Of a stretch of DNA of 64,000 nt, positions 13,801-25,437 are shown piece after piece. Source of the stretch: Eledone cirrhosa (lineage: Eukaryota); contig OZ024741.1 in NCBI GenBank assembly GCA_964016885.1, positions 196,726,001 through 196,790,000 on the forward strand, given 5' to 3'. Under the pieces are notes generated by a model that did not search any database, had not been told where the DNA came from, and was given only the letters and a program-made list of their open reading frames with translations. The translations under genes were made by a program, and so were the position numbers. Within the stretch, counting starts at the first letter, position 1. Each line of letters opens with the position of its first letter.

Positions 13801-16800
13801 ATGAAGGCTTCACATTTTTTGTATGTATTTTTTTTTTGAAAAGTTTACTCAATGCAAATGAAATTCCCCAGCAGATGTTTTATATGCAAAAATCATGTAA
13901 GCTATATTTTATTTTAATCCCAGTACAGAGTGGATAAGCATCACTGATGATAGATAAAAAATCCTGAAATACTCATGTTAGGTGTTCTCACACGGCTACT
14001 GAGATAGCTGTGACATGATCACAGCTTAAAACAGCCATTTAGTTAAAATGTTAAATATTATATTAAGATAGATTTACATAGTTTAAAGTAATTGTTATTA
14101 TCAATTTAATTTGTAATATTTAGTAATTATACTTTCTTGTGATAGATACGATGCTGTACATTCTGTTCATGATCTGTAAGTGATCTGTTCATAATGTGTC
14201 AATCAGCAATATTAATGCAGCATACTCAATTGTGTTTGTTACTTAAGCAGTAATTATAGGTGAAGCGATATACATGCTGAATGGCTGCCTAGAGTCTATA
14301 CCCATAACATTACATGAAGCCCTATACCCTATATCCTAACCCTACACTGATGAAACTATATATAGACCCTCCACTTCCAATGAAATTACTAACATCCTGT
14401 TTACAGTGCCAAAAATTTTAATTGAGATAAGTTAAATTTTTATATAAAACTTAGAAATTTGAAAACTTTTCTTTAACTCTTTTGTTATCATATTTCTACA
14501 AAGCATGGTGTCTGATGCTCTACCGATACTGCCAATCCACTACATAACATTATAATGGAAGTCTTTTGGTGGGTGGGGACAAAACAAAGAGCGTTGTGTT
14601 GTAGAACCAGGGTCAGTTTCAGGCAGCTTGATATCAAAAGGGTTAAATATATTATGTTCAGTTATTTTAATTTAAGGGTGTGTGTAAATAAGTTTTCATA
14701 ACCCTTTTTATTAAAAGAAAATAGAACTTTATTTTCTTTTAAAAGAATCTGTATTTTAGTAAACAAATATTGGGTGTATCGAAAATTATCGAAATGAAGC
14801 ATTGAGGGAATATGAAGTTCATAGAAAAATGGGAAAGTCAAGCGCGAGAAATACTTATTATTATCAATGGCATTCGGCTGTTTTAAAAGCTTCTTGTGTT
14901 TGAGTTTCTCATTTTTCTATGATTCTATATTTTAATTTATCAAACTTTGTGTACTCATTTTAGAATAGATTTACCATATTCCAGTATGTTGTATGAGGCA
15001 ATTAAAAAACATTGCCTCAGAAAGGACCACATAATGCATACAAAGATTATTATGGAGCCCATAAGGCTAACTCCTAATTTAGCAGGGACAATGGACTCAA
15101 AATGCTTGTTGTTGTATTTAAAATTATTGTTATTTATCACCATATTTCTAATGAAATACACTGCATATGATTTTCAAATAATACTCTATAATTTGAAAGG
15201 ATTCACTAATATAACTTTCTCAAATTTTTGTTGGTATTTGAAACAACTTAAAGTGCCTTACATAAAGTTATGATACAAGAATTTTAGATAGATATAAACA
15301 TCTTAAAACAAACAGTTTTGTATAATAGAACCAGTGGTTTCAGGTGGTTTGGTATCAAAAGAGTTAAAAATATATATTTCTCATAGCTAGATTTTTAGCT
15401 AATTTGTTATGTATTTTGGCTAATTCTACTGGCAACCTTGTAATATGACACAATATATTGATTAGTTCTGGTTTACAGTCAGGTTCTTTCCCCGTTCCTC
15501 TTACATGTGAAATATATACATAGTTCACACACTTATATATCAATTGTGTTGCAGTAAATATAGTTATGTGTACATGTTTTAGTTTTCTACACATTGACAG
15601 TGCCTAGAGTGTTACTTATTTTTCTAGTCATTAGTAGCAAATATCAATTTCATATAAGCAATTCTTAACAAATTGAGAAAACTATGTTGATGTTCAAAGG
15701 ACACCATCAGCAACATTGATCTTTTAACATTGGCACAGAGCCACACATTTGTAAGCAAGACTTGTAGTTGATTAAATTTACTCCAGTAAATCTGCTTATT
15801 TTATTGATGAAAGGTAATATTGATCCAAGTGGAATTTGAACTTAGAATGTTGATAGACAAAATTAAATACTGTTTCTGCTACTCCATCATCACCTTTAAG
15901 ATATATATGTATTGATTTCTAACATAGGCACAATGCCTCAAATTTAGAGATTAGCATGGTTAAATAGTTCTTAGTTGGTAATTAAAGTGAATGGTTAAAT
16001 AAACCTTGGCAAATTTAGGAGAAAGGTAAAGTTGATTATTTCAAATCCAGTACTTGACTGGTACCTTATTTTTATTGACCCCAGAATTCTGAAAGGTAAA
16101 TTTATATAACCTCAGTGAGATTTGAACTTAGAATGTAAAGAGCCAGAACAAATACTGCAATAGCATTTTATTTTATGCTCTACCAATTCTGCTAATCCTT
16201 AAGATATAGTGATAGCAATTTTTCCTTAACTTGAATTCAGTCTATGTGAAACACACTTTTATATTGTTAAAAGCAGTGAGAAATGTCCTGTAATCCAAAG
16301 AGATATTTAGGTAGAATCTAGGTTTAAGGTGAAAATCCAGTGTAGAAATCTAATATTCGAAAAGTTTAAATGCTTTTTCTACTATATCAAGCATTAAACT
16401 AAGTAATACAAATCATCATTGTATTGTTCTCTTGTGTTGTTTTTCTTTGTTGACTTTTCTTATTTATATTGTTACAAGAGTTATGAAATTATAAATATTT
16501 TGAGCATTCTAATAGAATTATTTGAATTTATTGTGTATCTCTTTATTGAAAAGGGTTTTTTTTCACTTGCGAATCCTACAATCCTTTGCATTAGATAGGC
16601 AAGGACAGAAGAAAAAATTATTTCGCAAGAAACTAATTCCAATTTTAAAGGGACAAACCTTTTTTTTTTATTATAATGCGTTTAACGCTTTCAAGACAGT
16701 ATTTCTAATGAAATGCACTCTATTTCAATTAATTATCAAATAATTTTGATGGATTTACTAAAATTATTAATGATTTTATTACTAAGAAAGTAATTTAACA

Positions 16801-16809
16801 TATAGTTCT

Positions 16810-17135
16810 TAGGATGTGCAATATTAATGTGCAAGAACAACAAAGCATGGATGAAGTGAGAGAAGAACTGGGTATAAGAAGAATCAAATGTAGTGTGCGG
16901 GAGAGGAGACTGCATTGGTATGGACATGTGGTGTGCATGGATGATGATCACTGGGTGAAGAAGTGGCAAGTAATACCAGTGGAAGGAAGCTGCAGTAGAG
17001 GAAAACCAAGAAAGACCTGGATAGGAGTGGTGAGAGCTGATCTCATAGCTGAAGCTCATAGAGAAGATGACAAAGGAACATGACCTGTTCAGCCCTTGCA
17101 AGCATAGAATAATGGATTCAGAATGATGATAATGT
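16810..17135 (+). mobile_element. RTE 3' fragment
   Basis: MCNINV...ERRLHWYGHVVCM...RGKPRKTW followed by a tail motif. Confidence 0.85.
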
Positions 17136-18829
17136 TAATTTAAACAGGAACCCTTTAAAATTAGTGGGGTTTTTTTCATATAACCAGAGCCAGTTTTTGC
17201 TGGTTTGATATGAAAAGTGTTAGGATATTTCTGTAATTTTGTCAACTGCATATATACATATATGTTCAACATTGTCAACTTAAACACTGACACTTACTAA
17301 TCTGATTAAGGTATATTTATTTGGATTATGACTGACTGCTAATGAATGATTCTGTTATATTCTATTATGCAGCTCAGTCAAGTTCACATGAAACCAGTTA
17401 TTTGGATTATGGCCTGCTAATAAATGTTTCTGTTTTATTCTGTTATGTATCTCAGTCAAGTTCACATGAAACCAGTTATCCAAGTTTAAAAGTGATTTTG
17501 ATTAATTTTCTGGTTTTATGTATTCACCTTATGAGGCTTTATAGTGAATATGACCTTAAGATCTGAGTCATTTCAACTGCATAATTACACTTGTCAACAA
17601 ATATAAGAGAATCATTAGAAAACGATGAAATTGGAATTGAACTTGTTTCCTTACATTGAAAATTAAGCCTTTCATTACTGTATTTCTAATGAAACTCACT
17701 GCCTATGTGTTTTAAGAAAATTAAACATTTGGAAGAATTTAATAAAATAACTAAGTTTTTCATTAGTAAGCTGATATTTAAGAAACATTTTAAAGATGAA
17801 ATCATGAGAATAAACATTTAAAAATATGCAGTTTTGTATCCTAAATCCAGGGAGGTTTCAGGTAGTTTGTTATCTAAAGCTTTAACACACCACTTTCTTA
17901 GATAGTACATATACAAATAGTAAAGAAAATCAGGGAATAGTGGGACAGGTGTGTTGATTTGCAGCACATTTCTGGTTCTCAATATTTCACTTATACTACT
18001 AATGTTGGATAAATGGTTCCATCTCCTCTCACATCATTCTATTTAATAAACTTTTTCTCTCTTCTTTTTGCTTTCTTTCAATAACCCCATCTATGAGGAA
18101 AGTATAAAAAAAATTCCTTCAAACGAAGGTTTGATTAAATCTAGTTCATCAGCATCACTTTAATGTCAATTTTTTTTCATTTTTGACATTTCTTTAATGC
18201 AACATTACTTCTGTGTATTTTTTAATCAGTGTTGAACAACAATGCCAAATATTCTCAAGGCTGACTTACACTGGGCCACCGGATACAACTGATTAGTCAT
18301 TGTTGTTGTTTTTGTTCACTTTATCTTTCTTTCTGTCCATCCATCCATCTATCTACCCCACCTCTCTCTATATATATCTATCTATCTCAATCCTAGCATA
18401 TCATATTTTTCATTATTGATGTTAAAATTTATTCAATAAAAATTGAATATCAATATGTTTTATTGAGTCAGTTGAGATCTCTCATTTGCAATGTATTTTT
18501 CATTGAGTGACAGAAAATAAAATTTAAATGTTTTAACTTTATACCAGAAGCTCTCATTCCATTTAAAGGAATGTCTGGAGGAAATTATCTGAGAATGTGC
18601 ATTTCCAATAATTCAGTTTTTTTAAATAATTCCATTGCTTGCCACAAGCCAGAAATTTCTAGGGAAGTGAAATTGCTGGTTGATTTGACCTCAGGATGAC
18701 CACAAACAAGTATTTATTTTATGAACCACTGAGTGATGAAAGTCACCCTCACTCTCTGGGTAGTGGTAGTGGTGTAATTTAACTGGGATCAAATCTGATA
18801 GTAATTGCTAAAGCGGGTGCTATCATTTA

Positions 18830-19135
18830 GTTTGGGATACTGAAAGACTCAAGAGGAGCACTGGAATACAAGGGCATGGTAGTTTGTGGGGCATTGGAAG
18901 GCAAAAGGATAGCATGGGGGGTGCTTGAAGGTAAAAGAGGCAGTTGTGTGAGGGGCACTGGAATAGAAGGGCATAGTAGATATAGGCAAGGTGACAGTAG
19001 GGGTGCTGGAAAGCAAGAAGGCACTGTGGGTATTGAGAAGGGTACTAGAATAAAAGGGTATGGTAGGGGACATTAGAAGGCAAGGAGACCATGGGTGGTG
19101 ATTCACTGGAAGGTAACGGGTGGTGAGTTTGGAAA
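18830..19135. repeat. Degenerate purine-rich minisatellite (~30-bp GGGGCACTGGAA...AAGGG units)
   Basis: Repeated GGGGCA(C/T)TGGAA / GGGGTGCT(T/G)GAA motifs with strong G skew. Confidence 0.6.
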
Positions 19136-19872
19136 AAGACTGAATATAAATTTGTTGTTGCTCATAAAACTATCACCTGTGTTAATTAATAATATAAAAG
19201 TATAAACAACAACAACATATGTATAACTATATGTGGTAAATTGTCAGAATCTTTAGAACATCAGATAGAATGTTTTGCAGTATTTGTTCTGGCTCTCTGT
19301 GTTCAAATCCCTGCTGAGATCATCTTTGCTTTTCATCCTTTCAAGGTCAATAAAAAAAATACCAATTCAGTACTGGGGTGGATTCTGTACCTTTTTCTCA
19401 CTTCCTCTCACTCCTTCTCTGAAAGAGCTCAGTTGTGTTCCAAACTGGAGAGAGGATGGGCTCCACCAGGTTTAAAGTATCTAAGACATATGTCATGACA
19501 GCACCCTTATGACTACACTAGGAGTTATGGGTAAAAAATAAAAAAAATGAAAAAATTGTGGTGTTCTCATGCATATAAAAAAAACTATAAAAATAGCTTA
19601 TAAAATAGAGTGAAAACTCTTAAAGACAGAAAAAGAAGTTGCCATTGACCACATATGTAACTATAGCATAATCAAATAAGAACTGTCAGTAGTATTGTAT
19701 CAAATATTTCAGATATGATTTCATTCCCTCACCTGAAATCAAACTGTGACTTTCCAATGAATCTATGAAACCGTCAAGATTAGAAGAGAACTTGAAAAAA
19801 CTCATGTTGACCCGACACTTAAAGATTTATTATATAATAAAGTATTTATATGCTAAAGTATTTATATAATAA

Positions 19873-21117
19873 AGTATTGATCCTATCAGTTGTTATTGAG
19901 GTTCTATGTATAGTGAGACAAGTATTGATCCTACCAGTTGTTATTGAGGTTCTATGTATAGTGAGACAGGAATTGATCCTACCAGTTGTTATTGAGGTTC
20001 TATGTATAGTGAGACAGGAATTGATCCTACCAGTTGTTATTGAGGTTCTATGTATAGTGAGACAGGAATTGATCCTACCAGTTGTTATTGAGGTTCTATG
20101 TATAGTGAGACAGAAATTGATCCTATCAGTTGTTATTGAGGTTCTATGTATAGTGAGACAGGAATTGATCCTACCAGTTGTTATTGAGGTTCTATGTATA
20201 GTGAGACAGGAATTGATCCTACCAGTTGTTATTGAGGTTCTATGTATAGTGAGACAGGAATTGATCCTACCAGTTGTTATTGAGGTTCTATGTATAGTGA
20301 GACAGGAATTGATCCTACCAGTTGTTATTGAGGTTCTATGTATAGTGAGACAGGAATTGATCCTACCATTTGTTATTGAGGTTCTATGTATAGTGAGACA
20401 GGAATTGATCCTACCAGTTGTTGTTGAGGTTCTATGTATAGTGAGACAGGAATTGATCCTACCAGTTGTTATTGAGGTTCTATGTATAGTGAGACAGGAA
20501 TTGATCCTACCATTTGTTATTGAGGTTCTATGTATAGTGAGACAAGAATTGATCCTACCAGTTGTTATTGAGGTTCTATGTATAGCGAGACAAGAATTGA
20601 TCCTACCATTTGTTATTGAGGTTCTATGTATAGCGAGACAAGAATTGATCCTACCATTTCTTATTGAGGTTCTATGTATAGTGAAACAAGAATTGATCCT
20701 ACCAGTTGTTATTGAGGTTCTATGTATAGTGAGACAAGAATTGATCCTACCAGTTGTTATTGAGGTTCTATGTATAGTGAGACAAGAATTGATCCTACCA
20801 TTTGTTATTGAGGTTCTATGTATAGTGAGACAAGAATTGATCCTACCAGTTGTTATTGAGGTTCTATGTATAGTGAGACAAGAATTGATCCTACCAGTTG
20901 TTATTGAGGTTCTATGTATAGTGAGACACAAGAATTGATCCTACCAGTTGTTATTGAGGTTCTATGTATAGTGAGACAAGAATTGATCCTACCAGTTGTT
21001 ATTGAGGTTCTATGTATAGTGAGACACAAGAATTGATCCTACCAGTTGTTATTGAGGTTCTATGTATAGTGAGACACAAGAATTGATCCTACAATTGTTA
21101 TTGAGGTTTTATGTATA
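19873..21117. repeat. 48-bp tandem minisatellite, ~26 units (ATTGATCCTACCAGTTGTTATTGAGGTTCTATGTATAGTGAGACAGGA)
   Basis: Unit starts every 48 bp from 19876 to 20884, then at 20934, 20982, 21032 and 21082 (three units carry an extra AC); no unique spacers. Confidence 0.98.
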
Positions 21118-21544
21118 AGGCACAAGCTTGCAACTAATATAAAACAATAAAATTCATATGAACAATAATAATACAGCAATGAATTTTGAAAACACATTAT
21201 GCAATATTTTGAGGACTGCCCAATATTTCTTAAAGCTAGATGAATCAGGGAATGAATCTTTACTGTTAGCTTAGGTTTGGTTTAAACAAGAAAAAATAAC
21301 CCAAGAGTTATTATTTACCAGATATTTGGCAACATATCATTTTCTTTAAAGAAAAGGTTTGTCATACAAATATAATTGGTTTTACATTTGGCACAAGCCC
21401 AGCAATTTGAAGGGAAGAGGAAAGTTGATTAAATCAACCTGGTGCATTACTGGGACTTTATTTTATTGACCTCATTTCGATGAAAGGCAAAACTAACCTC
21501 GGCAAGATTTGAACCCAGAATGTAAGACAAAGGGCAGTGGGTTG

Positions 21545-21940
21545 GCATCTCTGTTTATGATAGGCTGCCACCATGGATTCATTGCATGTTATAAAGAAAA
21601 AAATGCAGAATATATTAGTGGGGCTTTACATGAGTCATTGACAACATTTAATTACAAAAAACCTTAGTGATTACTTGCATCTTTCATTGCAGTATGTCAT
21701 TATAACAATTAACAAAACTAGAAACAATTCTCTTGTTGACAGATTATTCAGACGTTTGTATGAACAAAACATTGAAGAATTTAACTGTTTGTAATTCCAC
21801 CCTGAAGTTTGCTGGTTGTTCAAAGGGCACTAGTCTGAGTCACTTTTATAGTCATTTTGAAACAGTTTTGGAATTGATTGTAAACAGATATTTTCATGTG
21901 AGACAACTTGAAGAAGTTTAGAATGACATAGCTTGTATGT
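21545..21940 (+). pseudogene. hAT (Charlie/Buster-type) transposase relic
   Basis: Fragmentary translation MIGCHHGFIA...QHLITKNLSDYLHLSLQYVIITINK...NSLVDRLFRRLYEQNIEEFNCL*FHPEVCWL/KGTSLSHFYSHFETVLE matches the H.EVRWLSKG region of Buster/Charlie transposases; contains stops and frameshifts. Confidence 0.8.
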
Positions 21941-22226
21941 CAGATGTCAGATTTATATTTTAAGATTAATTAAAAGAAGTAAGTGGCATAGTCACTACTT
22001 TAAAACAGATAGCGTATGGTCTTCTAAATGTTTTTAATTAAACATACGGTATATTGCCAAATATACTATACATACATTCATGTATACATCGCTATTTCAG
22101 AGCACCAATCCTAATACCTAACTTTTTCTGGACCGGCAATTGTTCTGTGTAATCAGCTCCTGATTATTACTGGAATTCTATAAGAATCCAGCTTCTATAA
22201 TTTTCGGCGGAAGTAGGGGAATGCGT

Positions 22227-22268
22227 GGCTCTGATGAACGCCAACCAGCATGAAACAGACTGTCAGCT
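22227..22268 (+). ncRNA. Minimal type I hammerhead ribozyme motif (Penelope/retrozyme type)
   Basis: GGCT-CTGATGA-ACGC-CAACCA-GCAT-GAAA-CAG-A-CTG-TC-AGCT: complete core, stem I GGCU/AGCU, stem II with one mismatch, palindromic minimal stem III, GUC cleavage triplet. Confidence 0.72.
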
Positions 22269-23082
22269 TCTCTCCCTTTTTTCACTGAAAAGAAGTGACA
22301 TAGTCACTACTTTAAAACTGATAGTGTATGGTCTTCTAAATGTTTTTAATTAAACATACGATATATTGCCAAATATACCATACATACATCATCATCATCA
22401 TCATTTTACGTCCGCTTTTCCCTGCTTGCAAGGGTATGTATTTGAATTTCATATTTCTAAAGAAATACGGTATGTTTATAAATAAACATTTAAAAAGCCA
22501 TAGTTATGAATGACTCTGGCAGCTAATGCCACCAAGTGGTGCTTGGCAGTAGCAAGGGGGACAATCGTTGATGCATTTCAAACTCACCTGGTTCTCGTCA
22601 GGATGATCTCTCCCGCTCTTGCAACTGCCGGACTTTGAAAACAGGTGAAAATATATAGTTTTATTATATGTGTAAGTGAGGTGATTAATCTCATTTGCAT
22701 ATGAAGCAATATAAGTTGACTCAACTTAATATAGAATAGAATTAGAATTTAACTTCGAACATAGCTGTATACAAATATGTATTTGAATTTTGTATTTCTA
22801 AAGAAATACAGTATGTTTATAAATAAACATTTAGAAAGCCATAGCTCTGAATGACACTGGCAGTTAATGCCCAAAAGCGGTGCTTGGCAGAAGCAAGGGG
22901 GACAATCGTTGATGCATTTCAAACTCAACTGTTTCTCATCATGTATATATATGTGTATTTATATATATATATATGTATATATATACACAAATACATATAT
23001 ATGTGTATATACATATATATGTGTATATACACATATACATATATGTGTGTATATATACACATATACATATATATGTATGTAT

Positions 23083-23358
23083 CAGGGGCGAAGGGTCCGT
23101 GCATGCAACGCATGCAGTGCATGTTATAGAATCTTGAGTTGATCAATTGCGTTGGCTGAAGCAAGCAGAAATTTGACTGCTTACTAAAGCGTAGACACAT
23201 AAAAAGATAACACACACACACTAGATAACACTACATGTGGCTTTGACTGGGAGGGTCATTTAGAAGGAATTGGGGGGGGGGGGGGGGGCTGCGCAGGCCC
23301 ACTTTTCGCCATGGCGATTGGACTGCATGCCCTGCTTCCAGGTTACCCTTCGCCACTG
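23083..23358. mobile_element. hAT-type MITE with internal poly-G tract
   Basis: TIRs CAGGGGCGAAGGGT / ACCCTTCGCCACTG (13/14 match); 8-bp TSD GTATGTAT at 23075-23082 and 23359-23366. Confidence 0.85.
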
Positions 23359-23373
23359 GTATGTATGTATATA

Positions 23374-24257
23374 CGAGGTGTGTCAGAAAAGTTCCAGGAC
23401 TGATGTCACAAAAGATTTATTTCAAACCCAAACTTCACACTAAGAGTTTTCTCCTTCAAAGTAACCCCCCTGGAGTCTAATGCACTTTTTCATCCTTTTC
23501 TGCCATGCTTGCATGCACTCCTGCAAGGATTCTTCCGGGATCCTCCGCAGTTCCATCATCACGGCCTTTTTGATATCGTCCACGTCTTCAAGACGGGTAC
23601 CCTCTGGGTCGTACTCGAAGATCCATGACTCATCACCGGTGACGACTGTCCCTAGCAAGTCTGGTTCGGTTTCAAGACGCTCAAGGATGTCCTGACACAT
23701 TTGCATGCGTCGACCCTTCTGGTCATCGTTCAGCAGTTTTGGCACCATCTTCGCGCAGACTTTCCGCATGTCCAAATCTTCAGTGAGAATCTTCCAGACG
23801 CTGTCCCGATTCATGCCCAGCTCATTTGCCATCAGTCGAACAGTCAGCCGACGATCGCTACGCACCGTCTGCCTGACGCGCTCAACGTTGACCTCAGTCC
23901 TGGATGTTGAGGGCCTTCCGCCCCTGGGGTCATCTTGCACTACTCAAAAACACGTAAGCGTGACATTGTCTCATCTCCATACACTTGCTGTAGCAACCCC
24001 AGTGCTTCTGACGGAGTTTTCCCCAACCGTACCAGAAACTTCAAGTTTGTTCGTTGTTCTGTGCTCATTGCTTGACGACCTGCAACAGAGGACATGTATA
24101 TAAAATTATGAAAAAAAAAGTTTGATCGCTGCAGAGAGCTAAGATTACAGTTACCGACTCCAGGGGGATTACTTTGAAGGAGAAAATTCTTAGTGTGAAG
24201 TTTGGGTTTGAAATAAATCTTTTCACATCAGTCCTGGAACTTTTCTGACACACCTCG
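23374..24257 (-). mobile_element. Internally deleted mariner transposon with ~100-bp inverted ends
   Basis: TA TSDs; ORF 23440-23940 has DDPRGGRPSTS, HTH, MRKVCAKMVPKLL and VVTGDESWIFEYDPE joined directly to the C-terminus (KKCIRLQGGYFE); 2nd and 3rd catalytic Asp region missing. Confidence 0.93.
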
Positions 24258-24440
24258 TATATATATGTATGTATATACACTATATTTATAAAACCATATT
24301 TATTTTATTATATATTTCAAGGGTACCAAAAGACTTTGGTACGCTTTCTTCTAGTTTCCATTCATATATATATATATAATGTATATATACACATATACAT
24401 ATATATGTATGTATATATGTATGTTGGTACTGGGATACAT

Positions 24441-25045
24441 GTTACCAGTTGGTGCTACTGGTAACATGTATCCCAGTACAACCTGTCTCATGGTCGGGTT
24501 GTTGGTGACTAAACTGGCAACCCCACCAAGGTTTCTTGGTGAGGAGGGTGACTTTGGACATCCTGCAGGACTAAAAATAAAACCTGTCAAAGGGCAAAGG
24601 AACTCTTAAGAGTCAATGGCCATCCAAAATCACCGGGAGAGATGACCCCTTAGCCTTTGTCAAGGCAGAATTCTAGGAGAAGGAAAACTCTGACATAACA
24701 CCTGCAACCCTGATGGTATCCAATGATGTTGACTTGTTCTTCTTTTTGGTAAATATCATCTTGGTTAAGAGAGTGGGACTGGCTTTGTGCAGTGCCTTTG
24801 CTCACTATAAAAGCTTCACGGCACAGGCATTGCTTTATATCTGGAGATCTCTCTGCACTTGTTGTCACATGGTACCATGGGCCCAGCACTATGTGTCAAT
24901 AATTGTCACAAGTGTAGTGTTTGTACCAGAGTTTTCAAGTCGCTGGCTGGACTAAAAAGTCACACTCGTTCAGCGCTTCGGTAGGGGTTCTCCTACATGG
25001 ATATAAAGTAGTGGCCGTACTCGAAATCGAGTTGGCAGCCACCAT
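24441..25045 (+). mobile_element. Probable bipartite non-autonomous RTE derivative (5' UTR-like part plus C-terminal zinc finger and 3' end)
   Basis: RTE 5' UTR-like motif TAGGAGAAGGAAAACTCTGA; 24901-24984 encodes [27 protein letters not shown] (C-x2-C-x12-H); no EN or RT coding in between; ends in a microsatellite. Confidence 0.55.
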
Positions 25046-25420
25046 GTATATATATATGTATGTATGTATATATATATATGTATGTATGTATATATATACA
25101 CATATACATGTATATGTATGTATATATATATATATGTACATATACATGTATGTATATATATATGTACATATACATGTATGTATATATATATGTACATATA
25201 CATATATATGTATGTATGTATATATATATGTACATATACATATATATGTATGTATGTATATATATATGTATATATACATATATATGTATATATACATATG
25301 TATGTATATATACACATATATGTATGTATGTATATATGTATGTATATATATATATGTGTATATATACACATATACATATATATGTATGTATATATACACA
25401 TATATATGTATGTATGTATG
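25046..25420. repeat. (TA)/(TATG)/(TACA) compound microsatellite
   Basis: Direct reading. Confidence 0.97.
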
Positions 25421-25437
25421 TTGGTACTGGGATACAT

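Noticed and set aside
14345-14370. CTGATGAAAC as a hammerhead core
   Set aside because: No stem II between the boxes and no pairing stems.
14947-15273. 108-aa plus-strand ORF and overlapping hydrophobic minus-strand ORF
   Set aside because: No recognisable domain, the distal part runs into a TTAA MITE, and no consistent exon chain could be built.
17319-17478. ~80-bp two-copy duplication (also 30408-30506, 5120-5180, 48709-48748)
   Set aside because: Ordinary local tandem duplications with no further structure.
19873-21117. CRISPR-like array or repeat-protein gene
   Set aside because: Units are contiguous with no unique spacers and no cas genes in a eukaryotic context; long ORFs follow from a stop-free 48-bp period.
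22580-22640. U1 snRNA-like start (AACTCACCTGG...TTGCAACTGCCGGA)
   Set aside because: Similarity is weak, with no Sm site or U1 stem-loop organisation.
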